Part shown: positions 7,654 through 17,255 of the stretch, in pieces | Numbering within the stretch: the stretch's first letter is position 1 | Layout: every line of letters begins with the position of its first letter | Assembly (NCBI GenBank): GCA_016839605.1 | Contig: JAEOTX010000071.1 | Span: 1 to 27,630 of the forward strand | DNA from: Candidatus Thorarchaeota archaeon | GTDB lineage: Archaea > Asgardarchaeota > Thorarchaeia > Thorarchaeales > Thorarchaeaceae | Direction: 5' to 3' | Length of the DNA stretch: 27,630 bases | Notes under the pieces: model-generated | Database searches by the model: none | The model's input: the letters and a program-made list of their open reading frames with translations, nothing else | What the model was told of the DNA's origin: nothing | Position numbers and translations under genes: made by a program

Positions 7654-8514
7654 ATGACAATGGGACAAGTACGATTCATCGAGAAAGTCTGGAAGAGCAG
7701 ACCAACAATGGAAGGCGCAGGTGTTCGCTTGAACCGGGCATTTGGCTTCTACGAGGTTCCTCTGTTTGATCCATTTCTCCTACTAGATGATTTTGGCTCT
7801 GATAATCCAGATGACTATCTTGCGGGATTTCCATGGCATCCTCATAGAGGAATCGAGACAATCACATACATGCTTGAAGGAGAAGTGAAGCATGGTGACA
7901 GTCTGGGCAACTCAGGGACAATAGGCACTGGTGATGTACAATGGATGACCGCTGGAAGTGGAATCATACATGAAGAGATGCCTCATAGACAAGAAGGCTT
8001 GATGGCTGGATTCCAACTCTGGGCTAATCTTCCTGCGTCAGATAAAATGATGGATCCAAGGTATCGGGATATCAGGAGTGATGAGATTCCAGAAGTGTCG
8101 CTAGGCAACTCCGCAAAGGCAAAGGTCATCGCAGGAAAGGTGAATGGAGCAAAGGGACCAGTTCAAGATGTCGTTACTGATCCCGAGTATCTGGATGTGA
8201 CAGTCAATCCCAAATCCGAATTTCGACATAAGGTGGAACGAGGACACAATGTCTTTGCATATGTGTTCGAAGGAGAAGCCTACTTTGACGAAGAAAAAAA
8301 GGAAATCTGCGGAATTAGAAATGTGATTCTCTTCGGTGATGGTGATGAAGTATTGATATCAACTGGTGACAAGCATGCTCGCTTCCTACTGATTTCTGGG
8401 AAGCCCATCAATGAGCCTGTTGCTTGGCAAGGGCCTATTGTAATGAATACAAAAGAAGAACTTCAAATTGCATTTGGCGAGTATCGGAATGGCACTTTCA
8501 TTAAGCATGGCTGA
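7654..8514 (+). CDS. Pirin family bicupin
   Basis: DPFLLLDDF, GFPWHPHRGIETITY, GDVQWMTAGSGIIHEE, FQLWANLP, GPIVMNT. Confidence 0.95.
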   Translation: MTMGQVRFIEKVWKSRPTMEGAGVRLNRAFGFYEVPLFDPFLLLDDFGSDNPDDYLAGFPWHPHRGIETITYMLEGEVKHGDSLGNSGTIGTGDVQWMTAGSGIIHEEMPHRQEGLMAGFQLWANLPASDKMMDPRYRDIRSDEIPEVSLGNSAKAKVIAGKVNGAKGPVQDVVTDPEYLDVTVNPKSEFRHKVERGHNVFAYVFEGEAYFDEEKKEICGIRNVILFGDGDEVLISTGDKHARFLLISGKPINEPVAWQGPIVMNTKEELQIAFGEYRNGTFIKHG

Positions 8515-8613
8515 GATGATACTCATACTTAGCAACTACGAAAAATCAACTTGGTGGAGGGAAAAATTCATCTCCATCACTTGCTATCTATAAGATAGGG
8601 AGATTGGATTCTT

Positions 8614-9267
8614 TTGAGCGATAGGATCCGAAGGCTGAAGATAATCATTGTTGTGTGTCTCTGTATGGTGATTACTATTGCAAGTGTTACTCTAGCTTTC
8701 TACGTTAGTCCTATTGAAACCATTAACAATGATGAGATAAGCTGGTCAGGTGCATTATCAGGTGAAATGATTGTTGACTACCAAGTTGAGCATGTTGAAA
8801 ACCAGATTGAACTTGGTCAGTTTTCGGTAGACTGGGGATTGGAAACCTCCAATTCGACAAGTGAGGAGTATGATTACTACACATTTCGATACAGGCAAGT
8901 CATGACAGATGCACTTGGACTTGAAACTGGTCCCGGGAGGACCACAGGCGGATTAACCACCTTATCTCTCTCAGATTCTGCCATGATCCGGGATTACGAA
9001 ATCGAGGGCTCTGGCTATATCATGGATATTACCAGCTCATTCAATCACACGTGGGGTGATAGTCTTCAATGCGACTTCGGAATTGATCTTGAAGGAGGTC
9101 AATATAGCAATACTTTGAGACTCAATATGATCTTGCGAGTCCTGAGAGCACAAGCATTAATCCTCACAATATCTATCACAACAAACTGGGATTTTTGGGA
9201 CCTTGGTTGGAAGCGAGTAACCTGCAACGAGCAGCTTTCAATAAGTTTGGATCCTCTAGAGTTCTAG
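8614..9267 (+). CDS. Hypothetical protein with N-terminal signal anchor and acidic, beta-rich extracellular domain
   Basis: Basic N-terminus (RIRRLK) followed by a ~20-aa hydrophobic helix; S/T/D/E-rich remainder; TTG start after GGGAG. Confidence 0.6.
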   Translation: MSDRIRRLKIIIVVCLCMVITIASVTLAFYVSPIETINNDEISWSGALSGEMIVDYQVEHVENQIELGQFSVDWGLETSNSTSEEYDYYTFRYRQVMTDALGLETGPGRTTGGLTTLSLSDSAMIRDYEIEGSGYIMDITSSFNHTWGDSLQCDFGIDLEGGQYSNTLRLNMILRVLRAQALILTISITTNWDFWDLGWKRVTCNEQLSISLDPLEF

Positions 9268-9348
9268 TCATTTACTGCTTTACTTGTTTATCTAGAAATG
9301 AAAGGTATGAAGCCCATCTGCTGGGCTTCATCATGGTGTCTAGCTGCT

Positions 9349-10548
9349 TTACCATAGCTGGTATTGCCGTTTCACAAAACCTTCCCAGACTCGTGGGAGT
9401 TTCGCGATGACCTCATTAGAGATGCTCTCGACTGAGCCTCTGACCTTGTCTAGGTCACAATCCCCAAAGAGCTCGACGTTGATTGCCTTTGGCTCGGTAA
9501 TAGGTGCGCCAATCTGACTCACGATGTAGCAGTATGCTTGGGTCAAGTCTGGATGTTCAGATACAACCTTCTCGACAATTTCTCGCGCCGCGACGTTATA
9601 CGTTTTACCAACGTGTGAAACGGGGTTCTTCCCTGCAGCAGCTTCGAGGGTCATGGGTCTGTAGGGAGTGATGAGCCCATTGGCTCTATTTCCTCGGCCA
9701 ACCTGACCATCATCACCATGCTCGGCTGATGTGCCAGTCACGGTGAGATAGAACAGGCCTTCTTCAGGACTGTCAGCTGTGTTCACACTCACTTCGACTG
9801 GAATGTCGGTGATTTTTGCTGCAGTGTCTGCAACTAAGCCCTGGATTCCCTCCATGACATTGGCGTACTCGTTGGCATCCTTGGTCTTGGTGGAAATGAT
9901 TGCCGAAGCAACCTGCAGGTGTATCATGTCGCCCACTCTTGTTCCCATAATCTTAACGTCTTCTCCTATCTGGGGCCACTTCTTCTTGGTGTAAGCATGA
10001 TTCAGCAGTTGCTCAGCTTCGAGCACAAGCTGCTCTGTTGGAGAAAGAGGAGCATACCCGACACCAAAGCTAGTATCATTAGCTCTTGGCATTTCGGTCT
10101 CAATATCAAAGTTGCCAACAAGATCAGTGCTTCCTGCTCTAATCTTATAATCAATGATGATGTCTGAATTGACGTCCAAGTTTGGAAGGTCTCCACTAAG
10201 CCACTCTCTCGTGTGTTCAACAGCAAACTTGCCAACTGGAACTTGGCGCTCATAGTCCTTATCAACTACATCAACGGCACGGCCGCTGAGAAGAAGGTAT
10301 ATAGGTTCAATGACATCGCCTCCCCCAAATCGGGCATTGGACTGGCCTCCGACAAGGAGCACCTTATCCACGTTATGATGCTGGACTCTTCCAAAGGTCT
10401 CAAGATAATATTCACTTAGTCTGACAGAGAGTTCCTCTGCCGCTTTATCGCAAAGAGTGTCCGGATGCCCTTTTCCCTTGCGCTCTACTATCTCGACTTT
10501 GCTCTGGGCTACCGGAGTACATTTGCCATGTGTTACTTCGATCTGCAT
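9349..10548 (-). CDS. mat: S-adenosylmethionine synthetase, archaeal type
   Basis: VEIVERKGKGHPDTLCD, HHNVDK, ANDTSFGVGYAP, GEDVKIMG, TSAEHGDDGQVGRGNR, AAGKNPVSHVGK. Confidence 0.96.
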   Translation of the reverse strand: MQIEVTHGKCTPVAQSKVEIVERKGKGHPDTLCDKAAEELSVRLSEYYLETFGRVQHHNVDKVLLVGGQSNARFGGGDVIEPIYLLLSGRAVDVVDKDYERQVPVGKFAVEHTREWLSGDLPNLDVNSDIIIDYKIRAGSTDLVGNFDIETEMPRANDTSFGVGYAPLSPTEQLVLEAEQLLNHAYTKKKWPQIGEDVKIMGTRVGDMIHLQVASAIISTKTKDANEYANVMEGIQGLVADTAAKITDIPVEVSVNTADSPEEGLFYLTVTGTSAEHGDDGQVGRGNRANGLITPYRPMTLEAAAGKNPVSHVGKTYNVAAREIVEKVVSEHPDLTQAYCYIVSQIGAPITEPKAINVELFGDCDLDKVRGSVESISNEVIAKLPRVWEGFVKRQYQLW

Positions 10549-10635
10549 AGTAACTCATCTCAATGTCTTGTTGTTCTCGGCCGCGAACTAGAGTGCATAA
10601 AAGGATTATCATGAATACATATTATCAGTACTACT

Positions 10636-10663
10636 GGTTATTAAGAAAGGTTCTTCAATAACC
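10636..10663. promoter_or_regulatory. Inverted repeat GGTTATT-N14-AATAACC between divergent mat and HTH-CBS genes (candidate operator)
   Basis: Perfect 7-bp arms at 10636-10642 and 10657-10663; inner AAGAA/TTCTT also pair with a 1-nt bulge; adjacent palindrome CAGTA-C-TACTG at 10626-10636. Confidence 0.5.
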
Positions 10664-10664
10664 T

Positions 10665-11288
10665 ATGGTAATTATTCTACTCAGGGTGAAAGACTTGTCT
10701 AATGAGAATACAAAAGGTCCAGAGAGCAATGAGGTACGCAGGCTCATTCAGTTAAGGCTGGAATCCAGACTCACCCAGGCAGAACTGGCAAAGGCAGTCG
10801 GGGTTTCGCAAGCTTACATAGCACGAATTGAGAGAGGGACGCTAGATCCAAAGCTATCAATAGTATCTCGAATAACTGATCACTTAGCAAGCCAGATTGC
10901 CAAACGTCGATATCAAGGACGATTTCACGACATGACTTGTTCGGAAGTGATGACTCCCAACCCAATGACAATCGATGCCAGAGACCCTGCCTCAAGGGCT
11001 GTAGATTTCATGCTTGAGCATAGCTATTCTCAGGTACCAGTTCTGCGAGGCAATAACATTGTGGGAATTCTCACTGAGCGCGATATTATAAAAGATCTAC
11101 ATCATGATCTGAGCCAGATGTCAGTGCAAGCAGTCATGTCGCCTGAATCCCCACCCGTTGTTTCTGAAACCACACTCGTTACCGACGTGGTTCCTCTGTT
11201 TGAAACACACCAAGCCATTCTTGTTCAGAATCAGGGACGTCTGAGTGGCATTATGACACGAGCTGATCTACTCAACCAGCTATCATAA
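10665..11288 (+). CDS. XRE-type HTH transcriptional regulator with tandem CBS domains
   Basis: LTQAELAKAVGVSQAYIARIERG (HTH_3) followed by two CBS repeats (VMTPNP...YSQVPV...VGILTERDI; VMS...SGIMTRADL). The true start may be a downstream GTG or TTG. Confidence 0.9.
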   Translation: MVIILLRVKDLSNENTKGPESNEVRRLIQLRLESRLTQAELAKAVGVSQAYIARIERGTLDPKLSIVSRITDHLASQIAKRRYQGRFHDMTCSEVMTPNPMTIDARDPASRAVDFMLEHSYSQVPVLRGNNIVGILTERDIIKDLHHDLSQMSVQAVMSPESPPVVSETTLVTDVVPLFETHQAILVQNQGRLSGIMTRADLLNQLS

Positions 11289-11369
11289 GAATATCAACGG
11301 AGCATCACGGTGTTACACAGAGAATCAGTTATATACACTCATTCAAAGGCAAACATGGAGACTTGAAAC

Positions 11370-12029
11370 TTGGCTGGTGACGAATTCGAAGCATTTGAAG
11401 ACCTTCGAGATAGTCTTGACACTTTTGTAGAACGATGGTCCAAGATTCAACGAAACTCCGTCAAGTCAATCCAAGCAGTCACTAACACACTTGTCCAGAT
11501 CGAGCATATAGATGGCCCACTTGGAAAACTGGAAACACTCCAGAACATCCGAGACAACGCGCGCGGCAAACTGTTGGTCAATCTCTTTGACAAACTAGTT
11601 CCCGCTCTAGAGACATCCATTAAAGAGTTTACCAAGCTCATGAAGATGTTCGAAACGCTCCGACACAGGACCTCCACACTCCAGACAATAACAGAGTCCC
11701 TCCGTCAAGATGAGCGGAACGACAAGCAACTAGAAGACCTTGTAGGATTTCTGGATCTCATTGTGTTGAGCATCCAAGATATTCTTGATATGTTTGAAGC
11801 TGAATTTTTAGTCAAGATTACAATCTTTCGAGACCTTGAAGAAGGCGCAGTCGAGGTAGGAGTAATCTCCAACTATTTGACAATGTGGAGCGTTGAGCCC
11901 AACATTGAACCTCACGCACTCGAGAAGCTCCTGAAGGATCTTGATGAGCATTTTGACCTTCTGAGGGACATCTTTCTTGGAAAAACTGGGATTCATCTCC
12001 CAGATGTCTATCGAAAGGTATCGTTCTAG
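11370..12029 (+). CDS. All-helical protein resembling eukaryotic CINP / C1orf109 (AIRIM) family
   Basis: Heptad-rich. ILDMFEAEFLVKITIFRDL...NYLTMWSVEPNIE parallels the CINP C-terminus as I recall it (LLEMYRKELLLKRTVAKEL...SYLSMWLHQPYVE). TTG start with GGAG RBS; T8 tract after the stop. The CDS itself is confident; the family call is by eye. Confidence 0.6.
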   Translation: MAGDEFEAFEDLRDSLDTFVERWSKIQRNSVKSIQAVTNTLVQIEHIDGPLGKLETLQNIRDNARGKLLVNLFDKLVPALETSIKEFTKLMKMFETLRHRTSTLQTITESLRQDERNDKQLEDLVGFLDLIVLSIQDILDMFEAEFLVKITIFRDLEEGAVEVGVISNYLTMWSVEPNIEPHALEKLLKDLDEHFDLLRDIFLGKTGIHLPDVYRKVSF

Positions 12030-12030
12030 G

Positions 12031-12038
12031 TTTTTTTT
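12031..12038 (+). terminator. Oligo-T (T8) archaeal-type terminator
   Basis: TTTTTTTT starting 2 nt after the TAG of 11370..12029. Confidence 0.55.
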
Positions 12039-12130
12039 GGGGCTTGAAGACCTCTATTCTAAGGAAGTAAGCAGGCAATTCCTGTTGGTGCATTTTAACT
12101 TGCATCTAGCGTCTGATGCTAGGATGCAAG

Positions 12131-14917
12131 TTACCTCGCGATTCGTTTTCTGGCTTCTTCAACCAAGAGCAAGACTACTCCAAAGATGGCGACCTCAATC
12201 CATTCCCAGATTTCAAGTTGGACAAGGCCAAACACACCTGAAAGCGGCGGAATGAGGAAAAGAATGCTTACAAGGAATATGTCAATTACGTATACCGCTA
12301 GTATGAACTTGTTCGTTAACAGTCCAATTTCTGTTATTGATTTTGTAGGTGAACGGCAGTTTTGTACACTATACCATTGAAGAACAATCAATGACACAAA
12401 AAGCATAGTCCGGATTTTTTCTTCAGGCTGTCCAATATGCTGGAAATAAACGAATATCACGAAGGCAGCCATTACAATACCATACAGAAAAGCCCGTCCT
12501 AAGGTGTCCCTTGAAAGAATGCGGTTTCTAAGCGAGCCCGGAACTTGATCCAAGAGTCCTTCTTCTTTTGGTTCCAGTGAAAGAGCAACATCCAGCATTC
12601 CATCTGTCACAAGATTGATCCAAAGGATTTGCAGAGGCAAGAGTAATACTGGGTTTTGAAACAGCAATAGGATGCCCAAGATCGCGAAGCTTTCTGCAAA
12701 GTTCGTTGATGTTAAGAATAGCACAACCCTTCGCAGCGAGTTGAGAATATGTCGCCCTTCCTCAATACCATCAACGACTGCCTCGAATCTTTCATCCTGA
12801 AGAACTATATCGGCGGCTTCTTTGGCAATATCAGTACCCGTAATGCCCATGGCTATTCCAACATTAGCTTGACGCAAAGCTGGACTATCATTCACACCAT
12901 CCCCAGTCATGCTCACAATCAAGGATTGATTCTGTAGAGCCTTGACAACTCGGAGTTTGTGAATTGGACTTGTTCGCGATAGGACTTTAGCGCCTTCTGA
13001 GAGAGCCCTTTCAAGTTCCTCCTCGTTCATTCCATCAATATCATCACCAGTTAGACTGGTGTGTCCAAGCTCTGAATCAAAGATTCCTACTTCTCTTCCG
13101 ATTGCTTCTGCAGTGAATGCGTTATCCCCCGTTATCATCAGTATGTCTATTCCAGCCCTCTTTGACTTCTCAATATAGTTTCGAACTCCCTCTCTAGGTG
13201 GATCATTGATACCACAGAATCCGAGAAAGATCATATCCTTGAGGTCTTCTTCACGTATCTGTGACGAATCCTGGGGGATTTCCTTAATTGCACAGGCCAG
13301 AACCCGAAGACCCTGTGATGCAAATTCACCCACAAAGTATTCTGTTCCAGATGGCTTCTCTAAGAATGTTTCAATGATTTCTGGTGCGCCCTTGACAATC
13401 AGCAAATTATCGCCACTTGAAACATCAAGTGAATCTGCTTGCTTGCGAGGAATGTGTAAAGTTGCCATGTATTTCCGCTTGCTTGTGAACGGAATCTCTG
13501 ATACACGAGGCCAAGCTTCATCTAGGACATACTTGTGAAGTTGGGCCTTTTCAAGGGCAACAAGTAGCGACGCTTCAGTTGGCGAGCCCTTTATTTTCCA
13601 AACTCTGTCTTCTCCAGTGCACTTGCGTATTGGGTCCTTTTCTGTCAAGCAAACAGAATATACCTCAGAATCATTGCACAAGGCCATTGCACTAAGCAGC
13701 ATCTCAAGGTCAGGATATTCGGAGAGGCTTTCTCCACGTATTGGAACCCTCTTTGATTCATCCCTTTCTGTTTCTAAGGCAGGTGACCTGAGACATCCCT
13801 CTGGACCGCATCCTTGAATGAATATTCCCCCAGTTTCCGGACTGAATCCACTTCCGCTTACCTCAAACATGTTGCTGGTTGTGAAGATTCTGCGAACCAT
13901 CATCTGATTCTTTGTGAGTGTTCCTGTTTTATCTGAACAAATGACATTCACAACACCTAAGGTTTCAACTACACTAAGGTTCCTTACTATCACGTTCTTC
14001 TTTGATAATCGATATACACCGACAGATAGAACTACAGTCACAATGGCAATCAGGCCTTCTGGAATGGCTGAAACTAGCGCAGAAAGGGAGAACAGAAGCA
14101 ATTCTGTGGTTTCAATCCCTCGATAGATTCCTAGGACGAAGTTTACGCCAACAAAAGCGAGTGCTGCAATGAGAAAGAAGACACTGAGCCTTTTCAAGCG
14201 GACCATTACGGTCGATTCTTCTTTTTCAACATCTGCTAATTCGCGATTAATCTCTCCTAGGACAGTGTTGTCACCAGTTTCTTCGACAAGAACCCTAGCA
14301 CGTCCCTCAGTAACATACGATCCTGCAAAAACCTGGTTTGATTTTTCATAGTAATGTGGGTTCTCAATTAGGCATAGTACATCTTTTTTTATTGGGATGC
14401 TTTCGCCTGTCAGGAGACTCTCATCAACATGTAAATTCCTCTCAAACAATACCCTACCATCAGCCGGGACTCTCTCCCCCGCACGTAATAGCAAAACATC
14501 TCCAGGAACGATTTCATTTGATGGAATATCACGTTCTTCCCCTTCTCTAACAACAAGCGATCTCTCCTCGATTAGCTGGCGTACAGATTCAATTGTCTTC
14601 TCAGCTTTCCACTCCTGTACGAATCCAATGATAGCGTTGACTATCAAAATGATAGCAATGACTAGAGCATCAATCGCATGATCCGCAAGAATAGAAACTG
14701 CAGCTGCAAGAATTAGAACGTATACCAAAGGTGAGTTGAACTGCCGCAGAAACAAATAGAGTGGATTCTCACCCTCTTTAAGAGAAAGCTCGTTAGGACC
14801 GTGTTCAACTAATTTCTGGGTAGCCTCTTCTTGCGTGAGTCCTTCTGGATTTGAACCCAAATTAGCCAAGCACTCGCTATAGTCAAGCATGCCATCAGGC
14901 GAACCTCGTGTTTCCAT
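12131..14917 (-). CDS. P-type ATPase, type IIA (Ca2+/cation-transporting)
   Basis: DESLLTGES, AIPEGL, CSDKTGTLT, KGAPE, DPPR, MITGD, MTGDGVNDSPAL; TM5 N..E and TM6 QILWINLVTDG. Confidence 0.93.
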   Translation of the reverse strand: METRGSPDGMLDYSECLANLGSNPEGLTQEEATQKLVEHGPNELSLKEGENPLYLFLRQFNSPLVYVLILAAAVSILADHAIDALVIAIILIVNAIIGFVQEWKAEKTIESVRQLIEERSLVVREGEERDIPSNEIVPGDVLLLRAGERVPADGRVLFERNLHVDESLLTGESIPIKKDVLCLIENPHYYEKSNQVFAGSYVTEGRARVLVEETGDNTVLGEINRELADVEKEESTVMVRLKRLSVFFLIAALAFVGVNFVLGIYRGIETTELLLFSLSALVSAIPEGLIAIVTVVLSVGVYRLSKKNVIVRNLSVVETLGVVNVICSDKTGTLTKNQMMVRRIFTTSNMFEVSGSGFSPETGGIFIQGCGPEGCLRSPALETERDESKRVPIRGESLSEYPDLEMLLSAMALCNDSEVYSVCLTEKDPIRKCTGEDRVWKIKGSPTEASLLVALEKAQLHKYVLDEAWPRVSEIPFTSKRKYMATLHIPRKQADSLDVSSGDNLLIVKGAPEIIETFLEKPSGTEYFVGEFASQGLRVLACAIKEIPQDSSQIREEDLKDMIFLGFCGINDPPREGVRNYIEKSKRAGIDILMITGDNAFTAEAIGREVGIFDSELGHTSLTGDDIDGMNEEELERALSEGAKVLSRTSPIHKLRVVKALQNQSLIVSMTGDGVNDSPALRQANVGIAMGITGTDIAKEAADIVLQDERFEAVVDGIEEGRHILNSLRRVVLFLTSTNFAESFAILGILLLFQNPVLLLPLQILWINLVTDGMLDVALSLEPKEEGLLDQVPGSLRNRILSRDTLGRAFLYGIVMAAFVIFVYFQHIGQPEEKIRTMLFVSLIVLQWYSVQNCRSPTKSITEIGLLTNKFILAVYVIDIFLVSILFLIPPLSGVFGLVQLEIWEWIEVAIFGVVLLLVEEARKRIAR

Positions 14918-14995
14918 TGTAGGACATCCTCCATGTCCGGAGAAGGGGAGTTCATTCGCACCATATATGCATCATGTTTGAATTTAGGTTTTCAC

Positions 14996-16618
14996 TTAGA
15001 CATTCTTGCCTTCCCTAGTGAGTTTCAGTTTCATCATGATGTCTTCAATCTCAGCTTCGATTTCCCTTTTCTCATCGTCGTATGCTATATCTGAGAGTCT
15101 TCCTCTCTCATACTCACCTTGCAGGTAGTTGAGCTTATAGGTGAACACCATCTCACGCACTTCTAGTTCTTGTTCTCTCGCTCTCCTATCTGTGACTAGC
15201 TTTCGTAGTTCATCCTCGAGAGTGAAAATCTCTTCTTCGAGTTCAGCCTTCATGCGCAAATATAGATCCTCAGGCATTTTCCCTTCAGTATATAGATCAA
15301 CTATCTGGAGTAAAGCATGTCTTGTTGCATTTCTATGAGCTGATATCTCTTCGGCAAGATCAGCCTCCTCCACGCAATCGAGTCTGGTTGCCAATCTGGG
15401 AGTCGTGAGTCCCTGTAATACAAGACTAATCATCAACACAATGAAAACAATCGAGTTGATTTGATTGCCCAACTCAATGTATCCGTCAACTTGATAATTG
15501 GTGATGACAGATATCGCGATAGCTGCAAGTGCCGCACTCGCAACACCTTTCACACCTGCCCAGCTCACGAAGAAACGATCACGAACTCCCATGCTGCGAT
15601 CAGCCGATGTGACAAGAAACACTGATGCAGGTCTAGCAACGAAGATTACCAGAAATGCAACTATGATGCCCGAGATTACCGTCCCCGGGTTTGATACTAG
15701 AAATGCTGTGTCCAAAGTGAATCCAAGCAAAATGAAAATGACAATCTCAAAAGCAAAGGACACATTCTTCATTACTCCTCGCATGGATTTCTGCGGCAAA
15801 ATATCTAGGCCAATCTTCTTTGCATTTGCCATGAATATCCCTGTAAAGACACAAGCTAGCGCCCCAGGGTGGACTCCAGGTAGATTAGCTCCTTCAAGAA
15901 ACAAGGATATAGCCTCACCAATTCCATAGGCAAGTATTGGTGTTGCAGCTGTCAGAATAGCGATGCTCGTATCCTCACCAGTAATATGGAGAAGCCATCC
16001 AATTCCGTATGCTACTGTATAACCAATTAATACGCCTAAGCCCATGCTCAAAGCAAACTCAAGGATGATGAAACCCAACGTCTGCTGGAGAGATAGCACG
16101 ACCAAAGGGACGAAGACTGTCAGAACCAGAACAACGCTAGTTGCATCGTTAAACACAGCTTCTCCTTCAAGAATAGCGAAGAGCTTGCGTTTCACAGTGA
16201 CTCCACCTGATTCCAGTACTGAAAACAGAGCTGCTGGGTCTGTAGGAGAGAGTATTGCTCCTATGAGAAGAGCAAATGCCATACTAGATCCTATAATGAG
16301 AGTTATAGTTAAGCCAGCTATTACGGAGGTCAGTAGAACGCCCAGTGTTGCAAGTAGCAAGACAGATTTTATTGACAGCCTAAGCTCCTTGATATTCAAT
16401 GTTAAACCGGCATAGAATAGAACCGCCGCGAGTGTGAGCTGCGCGATGAACTCAATCCCAATCGAATCAACGAATCCTTGCTGTGGAAATACTTGAGCTA
16501 GGATAATTCCTGAGATAATCAATGGTATTGGATAGGGAAAACGATATTCTTCCGCAAACTTCGCTAGACCAGCTCCCATTATGAGAATCCCAACAAATAG
16601 GTACTGCTCTGCGGCCAA
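14996..16618 (-). CDS. CPA1 (NhaP/CvrA-like) cation:proton antiporter with long helical cytoplasmic tail
   Basis: ILSPTDPAA, LEGEAVFNDATS, VARP, WAGVKG, LQGLT; TTG start with GAGGTG RBS; charged coiled-coil C-terminus of about 120 aa. Confidence 0.9.
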   Translation of the reverse strand: MAAEQYLFVGILIMGAGLAKFAEEYRFPYPIPLIISGIILAQVFPQQGFVDSIGIEFIAQLTLAAVLFYAGLTLNIKELRLSIKSVLLLATLGVLLTSVIAGLTITLIIGSSMAFALLIGAILSPTDPAALFSVLESGGVTVKRKLFAILEGEAVFNDATSVVLVLTVFVPLVVLSLQQTLGFIILEFALSMGLGVLIGYTVAYGIGWLLHITGEDTSIAILTAATPILAYGIGEAISLFLEGANLPGVHPGALACVFTGIFMANAKKIGLDILPQKSMRGVMKNVSFAFEIVIFILLGFTLDTAFLVSNPGTVISGIIVAFLVIFVARPASVFLVTSADRSMGVRDRFFVSWAGVKGVASAALAAIAISVITNYQVDGYIELGNQINSIVFIVLMISLVLQGLTTPRLATRLDCVEEADLAEEISAHRNATRHALLQIVDLYTEGKMPEDLYLRMKAELEEEIFTLEDELRKLVTDRRAREQELEVREMVFTYKLNYLQGEYERGRLSDIAYDDEKREIEAEIEDIMMKLKLTREGKNV

Positions 16619-16628
16619 GGATTACACC

Positions 16629-17252
16629 TCAGAAGCCTTCCACTGTTTCCGCAAAATCCAACAGGTTATCCGTAATGTGTTCGAGTTCTCCCACAATCTT
16701 TCTCATGAGATAGATCACATAGTCTGGATGTCCCTCCGTTGCCACTGAGATTTGGCGACATATTATGATGTGCTCCTCATCCACTTCACGCTCTATTCTT
16801 GTGATGGTTTCACTACACTCAGTGATTGAATTTGGATCCTCAGGAAATGAATCAGCCATGTTCTTGAGGGAAACGATGGCATCGAAGACTTTGCGAGAGA
16901 TAGAACTCAAAGAATCCATGAAAACTGCACCAAACTCAACATCTCTCAACATATCTATCATATAGAAAATACGTTGATACGCTCCACCGATTTTCACAAG
17001 AGACGATAATGCTTCAAGAGCAATCAAACCCACCTCATTTGTTGGAAGTCGATTAGAGATGCTATGCTTTGGTGATATCTTCTGAAATGCCTTTGTCACT
17101 TTATTACGATCAGTTTCCCAATCAGATTCGCAATCTCCCGTTATTTCTTTGCATAATTCCCTGTTAATTGCTTCTGCTATCTCGACCAAATGTTCCGCAA
17201 TGTGAGCAAGGCTTTTAGCTATGTCAGTCCGATCCAAAACTTCGCTTGTCAT
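16629..17252 (-). CDS. PhoU/DUF47-like helical-bundle protein (divergent)
   Basis: C-terminal half has ITRIEREVDEEH and ELEHITDNLLDFAE (the PhoU E-x3-D and E-x-I-x-D patterns); the N-terminal repeat is degenerate. Confidence 0.65.
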   Translation of the reverse strand: MTSEVLDRTDIAKSLAHIAEHLVEIAEAINRELCKEITGDCESDWETDRNKVTKAFQKISPKHSISNRLPTNEVGLIALEALSSLVKIGGAYQRIFYMIDMLRDVEFGAVFMDSLSSISRKVFDAIVSLKNMADSFPEDPNSITECSETITRIEREVDEEHIIICRQISVATEGHPDYVIYLMRKIVGELEHITDNLLDFAETVEGF

Positions 17253-17255
17253 CTA

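Noticed and set aside
8553-8578. Imperfect hairpin after pirin (GGTGGAG...CTCCATC)
   Set aside because: Weak stem with no U-tract; cannot be supported as a terminator.
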